Shown here piece by piece: positions 54,200-64,000 of a stretch of 64,000 nt of DNA. The notes under the pieces are model-generated. The model did no database searches, was not told the DNA's origin, and saw nothing but the letters and a program-made list of their open reading frames with translations. Both the position numbers and the translations under genes were made by a program. Source of the DNA: Neoconidiobolus thromboides FSU 785 (Eukaryota; Fungi; Entomophthoromycota); contig MU626356.1 of the NCBI GenBank assembly GCA_025603075.1, forward strand, positions 1-64,000. The letters run 5' to 3'. Each line of letters begins with the position of its first letter. Positions within the stretch are counted from its first letter, which is position 1.

Positions 54200-55600
54200 A
54201 ATGAACTGATAATTACGAAAAGCTTATACATAATATAAGTCATCTCCAAATTAGAACTTAAGATTATAACCAGGCTCTGCTTCCAAAAATATATCGCATT
54301 TTATAAATTCAAAAGATCTTATACTTCTAAAACGCTTTACAATGTAATTAATAAAGATAATAAGAGAGTCGGCACTCATGGTTTGCTTATAGGTCATGTT
54401 AGTTAGGTTCTAATATATTATTGTCCTACGGGTCGAATGCAATGTATCAATATCAAATTTACACCCTTCTAGTTCAAGGTTATATAGATTAGGGGATGGT
54501 ATATATATAAAATCTAAAAATTCATATCCTAAAGTAAAACCCTCAGTTCTTAGTCTTATTGTTTTTTTGGAATAAACTTCTTTAACTAAAATTAATGATT
54601 TGCTATGTTGTTCATATAAATTTATGTATCTGAGTGCTGACTCATTGTCTTTTACTCATAAATTCAAGTGTGTAAGGGCTAAAATACTAAAAGCCAAATA
54701 TTAAAATATAGAGTCATGCTTGTTAAGAAGTTGTAAACTTAATTGATTATTTTTGGAAATACCTCATTATTTAAGCTTATTTTAGACGAGTCAGAATCAG
54801 ATAATAATGATTCTTTTAAATTAGATTTTCCATCAAAGGTCAATTCAACTACATCTTGGTAATGAAGTGCCTCAAGTTTTAGATAGTTGTTTAAATTTGT
54901 GTGTATTTCTGGGTCCCTTGTATGTATATTACCAGCATACAATCTAGTTAGATACAAAAATTGTATATTTAATAGCTGTATTTCTCTGATCGGAGTCCGA
55001 CCTTGAGTATCTTGATTACCTTCAAATTATTGAGTCTATTCAATAATTCTTTAATATATGGGAGTTCATTCTCAAAATTATTGCTATTTTTTATGCATAA
55101 TGAATTTAAAGTTGATAGCAAAATTGATATTTTGATGTTCAAGTATTTACTTGGCCTAAAAATTTACAGTGCTTTAAATCTTGAAAAGTTTTTTAATAGA
55201 AATTTTCTCTAAAGATATATATTTTTCAATTGGTATACGGGTAATAGTATATTTATCATAAAGATCTACTAATGGAACATCTTATGAAAGATTTAGCATA
55301 TTTAAAATAGCTATATAAACGCACTTTAATCTTTTTACAGTTTATAAATGCAGAAAGGAAAATGAGAAAATCAGTGCCTCCTCCAAAGTCTAAATATCTA
55401 ACATAATATGCACATTTTATAAGTTCTTTTTTTATATTCTTTTCATACTCATTAAATTTATTATCTATTTTGGCATCTTCCCATAGTAAAGGTATCACCC
55501 TTTTATTATATCATTTACAACATACGAAAAGGTTACATCTGTCTTCGTTTGAAAAATAGAATAGCGTACCTTTGATTATAGTCTTAAGACCCATGAGGTT
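54200..55600 (-). pseudogene. Fragmented F-box/LRR-like gene
   Basis: IPLLWEDAKI, YVRYLDF and Leu-spaced segments (LNNLKVIK, YLTRLY, YLKLEAL) split over several short ORFs with stops. Confidence 0.35.
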
Positions 55601-55825
55601 AAATAAATTATCTATTTTAATATTGACCTGAATTTTAGAAGAAAAAACAAAGAAAATATTTAGTAGATATTACACAATTATATTGAAAAAGCTATAAATA
55701 TTTATATAGAGTAAAGTAACAAAAAGCTATTTTAATATCAAATAGTTTATTAAAAATAAATAATAAAGACAATCCGCAACAAGAATGACCAATATTAAAC
55801 TTTATTACTTATAATATATATATAT

Positions 55826-55924
55826 GGGAGTGTCTTTTTTGACTTCATTATTTTTTCTATTTTTTAAGCGCCATTTAAGTGGAAAATTTGTTGGTAAAAT
55901 TCTTAAACACAAAAATACATCCCC
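55826..55924 (-). mobile_element. MITE copy 13
   Basis: ATAT|GGGAGTGT...ACATCCCC|ATAT. Confidence 0.9.
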
Positions 55925-56353
55925 ATATATTATAAATGCTTTTTCATTGAAACATGTTTGATAAAGTATTATCTAATTAGCTAATAAAATATTTAAAAAA
56001 GTTTCTTTAACATGCTATATACTAGTAAAATCAAATAAAAAAAACTTATACAAATACAATAGTATTAAACATGAAAGTCAAAATAGTAAAGCATTTATAA
56101 CAAAACTGATACTAATGAAAAAAGCAAACAAGGCATATATATAAGAAAAACATAGGCAAAAACATATAAAGAAGCTAGGAATCAATAATCAAAAATATTA
56201 ATATAAAAAATTCTTAAAATAGGTATTAGGATTTGTTATTAAATTAAGAAAAAAAATGGCTTTTTGTAAAATAGCTAATGGTATTTCAAAGCTCAATCAT
56301 ATGATAATATTTTATTATACCTAAAACACAAATGCTAAAATAAAGTTAGATAT

Positions 56354-56451
56354 GGGGGTGTTTTTTTGACTTCATCACTTTTTCCATCTTTTAAGCGCTA
56401 TTTGAGTGGAAATACTGTTAGTAAAATTCTTAAACGAAAAAATACATCTCC
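56354..56451 (-). mobile_element. MITE copy 14
   Basis: ATAT|GGGGGTGT...ACATCTCC|ATAT. Confidence 0.9.
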
Positions 56452-56664
56452 ATATATTATAATTATTAAAAGATGAAAGTTAGTGCTAAATGTTTAACTA
56501 GAAAAAACTAAAAAATTACTAAAAGCTGTAAATTATATAAAATAATCATCATTATACAAATAGGTATAATAAAAATAAAACAAAAATTAAGCATTTGAAT
56601 AATTATAAATATTTAAAGTAACTTATCATTATAATGTGAAATCTGGTACTCAGTGGTTTGAGTC

Positions 56665-56965
56665 AAAAGGTTTTAGTTTATGTAACTAAGATAGACTTGA
56701 ATTATGAACAATACCATGTAACAGGCTACAGATTATACATGGCAAATAGGATGGACAATACTACTGTAAAATCTGTATGAAATATTATCATAAAGATTTA
56801 GTGGCCCTATTAAAGATACGATATCAGGAAGTAATCCAACCAAAAAGTCTAGAGCTATTATGTTGAAGAATCACTTTTATACTCCAACAAATATGGATAC
56901 CAAAACGAGAAGATAGTTCTTCGGAATTACGTGATAAAAATTCTCGTACCAAATCAAAATAAAAG
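56665..56965 (+). repeat. Degenerate dispersed repeat, homologous to 11276-11580
   Basis: Colinear similarity over about 300 bp. Confidence 0.7.
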
Positions 56966-58539
56966 ACTTGGGGTTGATTGTGTCTGAACTTGAGGACACA
57001 TCAACTTAAGTGATTATTATGTTATAATCCATCATACAGCTGACAAAGTAATATTTTACAATGATTAAACTATAATTGTTAAACTTCATAAGACAAATTA
57101 AGCTATGATAGATATTATTTATAAAAATAACTCTGGCTAAGCGAAAAAAAATTAATAATTAAAAAGTAAATTAAGAGTTTTGAGTTAGTTAAAATAAAAA
57201 AATTAAACTGCTTTATATTTAAAAAGTTAAAAAAATCTAATATTATTTTTTTTAATATTCTTGTTTTTATTTTAATTTTAAAAATAGACAAATATTAAAT
57301 TTTTTAGTAAATTTATTATAACTTTCAATAAAGCTATTAGTAAGCTATTGTTTATTTTATATTTAAAATACTTAATTGTGTTATTATTTTTAATATTAAT
57401 TTTATAAAAGTCCTATAACATAAATGTTAATATAAATTAAAATAAATAGCATAAACAATAATTTTAAATGCTTTTTAATAAATTTTTTAATTATTATGAG
57501 AATAATAACTCTACACTAGAGTCTATAATGCCAAAAAGTATTTATAAATAAATCTAGTATGTTGCCACTTTGATTATTATATTAGTTTATACTAAGTAGC
57601 TTTGTTTTTTATTTTTATTTTAGTTTAGTTTAATTATTGATTTTTAAGCAACAGACTTTAAAAAAATCAGCTAGTGAAATGGCTAATTCTAAAAAATACC
57701 TCTATTTTTTTCAAGATGAACTAACCTGCAGTAACAAAATACATAATTTTAATCATATTAACACAATCATTAATAATTTAAAATTTGTTTATCTTTTTGC
57801 AACACCAATGAGCCATTTTATCATAACTATTAAACAGTTAACTTTACAAAATTGCACTTAAAAATTCCATCTTTATTATTTTTGATTTTTTAGCTGAAAC
57901 AAAATTTAATCTCCTTGGAACCAATAAACTTATAATTTTGAAACATTGCGTTACAAGCTTTAATTTTACTGGTGCTGAGTTTTAAGGAAGAATTGATTTC
58001 TAATTTTTATTTTCCGATGAAAAAACATAGAATTATAACAAATTATTCCATTTTGTGCGAATGATTATCTAAAATTTTAAAGTAAGAATATTCTAGATAA
58101 TTAGATGTTGAGCTGGCTTCTTTTTTTATTATTATTATAGTACTAATTCAAATACTATACTTCTTTCACTTTTTAGCACTAATAATACAATGCCTTCACC
58201 ACTTAATTAGCCATTATTTTGAAATTATTAGCTCCACTAACTGTTTACCCAATGAAGTTCCACTTAATCTTTTCAATTTTTAACAAGGTTGATAAGCTTA
58301 TCTTTACACCAATTGGTTAATAATGAGATCATTTTCGTTTAACTTTGACGTCATGGTCCTAATTGATTAGTATTTTATTAACTCAACCAATAATATATCA
58401 AACAGTTAGGTTTAGTGAGGTGGCTAGTTGAAGGGGAGAACAAATGAAGATGGATAAATAAACTTAATCAAACATAAAACCATCTTTTTTATTTAAAAAC
58501 AAAACTCCCACTATTTCGACTCCAAGTAAAAAACAAAAA

Positions 58540-61442
58540 ATGACGAATTGTAAAGATAGCACTGAAATATTGGAACCTAAAAGGGTCATTCATGTCTCCC
58601 ACTTTATACCTTCTGTTTGTAATTTAAATACCGATAATAAAGAATGGTCTTTTCACTTACGTCGGGGTCATTCAGCTATGAATGTGGCAATCGGCTCTCT
58701 TAGTAAAGATTATGATAATTATCATATGGGATTTGTAGGAAAGGTGCTTAAAGAAGATGGTAGTGTACTTGAGTATGAAGTGTTAAATGAAGAAATGAAG
58801 GAGGAGCTTAAAAATAAATTGGTTAGCCAAAAGAAATATATACCAGTGTTTTTTAGTGAGGAAGAAGCCAGCAATCATTATGAAGGTTATTGTAAATCAG
58901 GTAAGATAATTTATTGGATTTTAGTTTATTACATACTAATAATTTATAATTTTAAACGAATAGAACTTTGGCCTATGTTTCATTATTTATTAGAAGATAT
59001 GCGAGTGGACATGAAAATTCAAAAAGAACACTGGGAAGGTTATGTTAATGTTAATCAACATTTTGCTGATTCCATTATTCAATTTTATCAGCCTGGCGAC
59101 TTTAGTATGTTAAATCAATTTATTTTGGTTTTATTAATTTTAATTGTTTTAAATAGTTTGGATTCATGATTATCATCTTATGCTTGTACCTGAAATGATT
59201 AGAAAGGCTATTCCCGATGCCAATATTGGTTTTTTCCTCCATGCTCCTTTCCCTTCAAGTGAAATATTTCGTTGTTTACCAAGTAGACTTTATAATTATT
59301 ATTTTATAAGTTTTTTACTAATTGTTTTTTTAAATAGGACGTAAAGAAATCTTAAAGGGTATACTATCCTCCAATTTAGTTGGTTTACAAGTAATTTTAT
59401 TTGATTATCTTATTTATAAGAATAATGTATTCATATATATTATTTAGACATATTCTTATGCTCGTCATTTTATTAGTACTTGTACAAGAGTACTTGGTCT
59501 TGAACCAGCACCTGAAGGTATTGACTATAAAGGTAGTATTATTACAGTGGATGTATTTCCGATTGGTGTAGATGCTAAAGTATCTGAACTTCATAGGTAA
59601 TTAACATTGGTTATATATATGTATTATTTATTTATATTATTTATAATTTAGAGCTTCTTTTGGAGTACAACATAAAATTAATTCATTAAAAGAATTATAT
59701 AGTGGCAAAAAAGTAATTTTTGGAAGAGATAAGTTAGATCAAGCCACTGGTGTATTACAAAAATTTAAAACATATGAATTGTTTTTACAAAAATATCCAG
59801 AATGGCAAGGCAAAGTAGTTTTAGTACAAGTATCTTCTACATTACATAGTTTACCTAATCTTGAAAAAAAAATCAGTGAAATAGTAACACGTATCAATAG
59901 TCGCTTTGGTTCTTTAGAATATTCACCTGTTCATCACTTTCAGCATTCTATTGAAAGAGAAGAATACTATGGTTTATTATCAATGGCAGATGTAGCTTTA
60001 ATCACTTCAGTTAGAGATGGAATGAACACTACATCTCATGAATTTATTTTATGCCAAAAAGGTAATTATTCTCCATTGATATTATCCGAATTTACGGGTA
60101 CTGCTGGCTCCTTAGAAGAAGCTATTTTAGTGAATCCATTTGATTATTCGGTATGATCCTAATTTTAATTTTAATTTATATTTTATTTATATAGTTGATT
60201 AATTTAATAGGGTGTTGCTGATGCGCTTAATGATGCACTTACTTTATCACATGAAAAGAAAGTGGAAGTACATAATGTAAGTTTAAATTATTATATATTT
60301 GATTATATGATATTAATATTTTATTTTTATTTAGGCATTATATAAACGAGTAACCACCCAAGATGCTACTTTTTGGGCACAGAGTTTTGTAACAGCAATG
60401 AAAAAATGCTGTTCATCTTTTAATAATTCAAATCCAACTCCCTTTTTAGAATTTGATTTAATCAAGAAAGTTTATTCTAATAGTAAAAAAAGATTAATTT
60501 TATTTGATTATGATGTAAGTTATATATATATTAGACATATTGTTAGAATATTAATTATTTTCATTTTAATAGGGTACATTAACTGAAATCCGATCTGTAC
60601 CCTCTGCTGCTATACCATCCGAAAAGATGTTAAATGCCTTAAAAACTTTAACTAAAGATCCAAAAAATGTAGTATGGATTATCTCAGGACGTGATCAAAA
60701 AGCCTTAATTGAATGGATGGGAGATGTACCTAATTTAGGATTAAGTGCTGAACATGGATGTTTTATGAAATATCCAGAATCAAATCTATCAGAATGGATT
60801 AATCTTGCTGAAGATATTGATTTAAGTTGGAGAGATGATGTAACTGAAATATTTACTTATTATACAGAAAGAACTCAAGGTAAGTTAATTATTTTATTAT
60901 ATAATTAAGAAAAATGTACTAAAAAATGGTTATTTTTTATTATTTAAATTAGGTTCTTTTATTGAACATAAGCGTGCTTCTTTAACTTGGCATTATCGTA
61001 TGGCTGATCCTTCTTTTGGTTCGTTCCAGGCAAAAGAATGTCAGAATCATTTAGAGAATGCAGTAGTATCTAAATTGCCAGTGGAAATATTAATTGGTAA
61101 AAAAAACATTGAAGTTCGACCAGTGGCTATTAATAAGGTAAGTTAATAATAGAATATAATAATTAAAATCTATAATATATCAATAATCTTTTTAATTTTT
61201 AATAGGGAGAAATAGTGAAAAGAATTATTAGTGCTAATCCGGATTGTGATTTTATATTTTGTGCTGGTGATGATAAAACAGATGAAGATATGTTTCGAGT
61301 ATTAAATAATTGTGATATTGAAGAAGATAAAGTATTTGGCACAACTATTGGTACTTCAAGTAAAAAAACATTAGCTAACTGGCATGTTAATGATCCTCAA
61401 CAAATTATTGAAATTATGCAAAAATTACCAGAAAATAATTGA
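58540..61442 (+). CDS. TPS2: Trehalose-6-phosphate phosphatase with GT20 synthase-like domain
   Basis: WIHDYHLMLVP, GFFLHAPFPSSEIFRCL, VRDGMNTTSHEF, ILSEFTG; HAD motif LFDYDGTL (split by an intron), SAEHG, FCAGDDKTDEDMF. Confidence 0.92.
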
Positions 61443-61680
61443 ATTGATGGATTATTGTTATAAGTTAATTATCACTGGTGCTTAAAGGATTGATATTTAT
61501 AATACTTTTAGCTTTATTCACATATATCTTCTTCTCTATGGAATAAATTTATACTAATTCTATTATATATTTAAGTTTCAATATCACGTTTTAATTTTAA
61601 ATTTTATTTAAATTATTATTTGATATTTATGAATAGATGATGATATACTATCTAATATAATGAAATAAATTAAAAGATAT

Positions 61681-61777
61681 GAGAGTATTTTTTTGACTTC
61701 ATTATTTTTTCCACTTTTTAAGCGCTATTTGAGTGGAAAAATTGTTGGTAAAATTCTTAAACAAAAAATACATCCCC
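61681..61777 (-). mobile_element. MITE copy 15
   Basis: ATAT|GAGAGTAT...ACATCCCC|ATAT. Confidence 0.9.
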
Positions 61778-62059
61778 ATATTATATTTATAAGAATAGAA
61801 AATAAATTATTAATTAAGATAAGAGTACTGATTTTTTTATTTATAAATTTAAAAAATAATAGAATAATAAAAATGATAGACTTTATTTAAATCTTTAAAT
61901 ATTTAAAGTAAAAAAACAAAGCTAACAAATACGATTGAATATTTCCAATAACAATTTAAAGACCAACTGGAGCCAAATCAAAAGTAGGTTTAGCAAAATA
62001 TCTATTTGAAAAATGAATATTAATACAACTTTGAACATATAAAGTAAACTAAATAAAAA

Positions 62060-63008
62060 TTACCTAGGATAACTTCCTAATACATGAACATTACTTGCAA
62101 ATTCTTTTAAATTTTCAATAGCTCTTTCTAATTTTTCTTCAACTTTAGGAGCTCCATCTACATCCACAATCATGGTGTATTCCCAAGCAGAATTAGAACG
62201 TATAGATCTTATAGAAGCACGGGATTCGACTTTACAAATACTAGAAATAAAAAAAAGAAGATCAATAAAATTAATAATAATAACAATAATAATAATAAAT
62301 GAAAAGAGTATATATAACTTACTTAATATCCCTTAAAGCGAAAGTAGAAAATACTTTCATTAAAGTACCTGGTGAATTTTTTAAAGTGATTGCAATCGAA
62401 GTTTTTGGTAATTGATGACGTTCTGGAAAAGTAGGGGAATTTGAAATAATAAAGTATCTAGTAAAATGATGATTGGAATGTTCAATTAAATTTTTAGTTA
62501 TTAGTTTTAAATTATATTTTTGGATCATTGATATATTTCCTACAAAGCCAGCACAATTTAATTCCCCTTTAGAAATCGATTCAATACTTGGTAGAAGATC
62601 TTGATTTATTTGATAAATTATTTCCTTTTGTTTAAACAATTGATTTAATTCCACTTTAGTTTGTTCAATAATTTTAGTATCTAAAATCACTTGTTTAATA
62701 TTCTCTAATTCTACAGAGGGATGAACTCCAAGGCCAATTTCTTCATGTAATATAACTTCACCAATAATATGTAATTTAGGATAACGTAATAAAAAATCTA
62801 ATGAGTTCAAAAAAGTACCAGATAAACTATTTTCATATGGTAAAATAGAATGAGTAATAGAATTATTTTCAAAGGCTGTACCAATAGATAATAAATCAGA
62901 ATGGGCTTCAGATTCAAAGCTGGCATTGTCTGGAAACGCTTCATTCATAATAGTAGTTAAATCAGTACCTTCTGATGATTGATAGGCTATTTTGATAGAG
63001 TTAGACAT
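62060..63008 (-). CDS. PHA2: Prephenate dehydratase-like protein with C-terminal ACT domain (divergent)
   Basis: IAYQ..EGT, LPYENSLSG, IIGEV, TRYFII, KTSI...PGTLMKVFSTFALRDINICKVESR, WEY, VLGSYP; one intron near 62242-62322. Confidence 0.75.
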
Positions 63009-63701
63009 ATTTTATAATCGATAGTTTATAATCAATAATTGACAATTGATTTGAGTTGAATTCTAATTTTAAATTTCAACAGTCACTCTATTTATACAAG
63101 TTGCTGACGTAAGTCTCAAAAAGTCATCCTTATATTTTAATTAATGGCCACAAATCATCATTCATGAAATTTATAAAGTTAATATGACTCATATTTAAAA
63201 ATATAAAAAATAAATTATATAGCTGAAATCAAGTATATCGGTGCTACTTAAAGGGCGAATCCACTATAGTTGTTACTTATAAATATTAAGCCTTTAATTG
63301 AAATTAAAGTATTTAGTTAAAAAAATAAGCTTTACAGCTAGAAATTGTATTTTGGAGTCACTTAAAGAAAGAGTATGTAGGTTGCTCCAACTTTATTTAA
63401 AATGTAGAATGAATTTTATCTAGCTTTTTAAAACAACTGAAATTGTAGAATGTTTTTAATAGCTTACTTAAATATAAACACTTTTATTACTAGTAATTTA
63501 TTTTTATTATCATATTATTTATTTGAATGTTCAAGTTTTTATTTAAAATGTAAAATGAATTTTTAAAGGTTGCTTAAAGTGAATTTTAATTCAATCTAGT
63601 ACTTTATGTAAAATAGTTTCTATTTTTTTTAAATTCTAAACTTTGAAAATGAACATAATATTTAATAAACTTTACCTTATCATTAGTTCAACTATTAATA
63701 T

Positions 63702-63800
63702 GGGGATGTTTTTTTTGATTTCATTACTTTATTCATTTTTTAAGCGCTATTTGAGTGGAAAGATTATTAGTAAAATTCTTAAACAAAAAAATACATCCCC
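63702..63800 (-). mobile_element. MITE copy 16
   Basis: ATAT|GGGGATGT...ACATCCCC|ATAT. Confidence 0.9.
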
Positions 63801-64000
63801 ATATTAACTTTTGAAAAAAGTCCTTAAATAAAGTTCATGCTAGTATTAGCTATCTTATAATGATAATTTTATATATAAAATTACTTGAAAAGTTACTAAA
63901 TCCAATTATTTAATGTGGCTTAATTAATGTTAATAATTTTTGATAAATATAGCTACAATAAAGAATCATAAATCATATATAAATTTTATTAATAAAATTT

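Overview
Strongly AT-rich eukaryotic DNA with many short (about 30-75 nt) GT-AG introns. Gene content indicates a fungus, probably an early-diverging lineage (inference only). Recognisable genes in order: glycogen debranching enzyme, WD40 protein, secreted AA11-type LPMO, ILV6, BUD6/AIP3, CYS3, an SSK1-type response regulator, Fus3/Kss1 MAPK, PEP12-like syntaxin, ERG27-like reductase, eIF3e, a probable MED1, ARG3, a TLDc/OXR1 protein, PPIL3-type cyclophilin, a Zn-finger + T5orf172 protein, TPS2 and a divergent prephenate dehydratase. Repeats: a decayed DDD-type (Sola-like) DNA transposon with 22-bp TIRs spanning a 100-N gap, an internally deleted copy of it, and 16 copies of a ~98-bp MITE with matching G-rich/C-rich termini and 4-bp TSDs. 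Most interesting: (i) a four-member family of six-fold tandem helix-turn-helix proteins (one intact, three decayed); (ii) 25 of 25 substitutions between two transposase copies are transitions, a RIP-like pattern; (iii) an SSK1-like receiver joined to a pseudo-histidine kinase with predicted TM helices; (iv) a perfect 179-bp inverted duplication of a first exon bracketing a 6.5-kb block; (v) a prephenate dehydratase with eroded catalytic motifs but a conserved ACT domain. All family calls are by-eye motif recognition; no database search was run.
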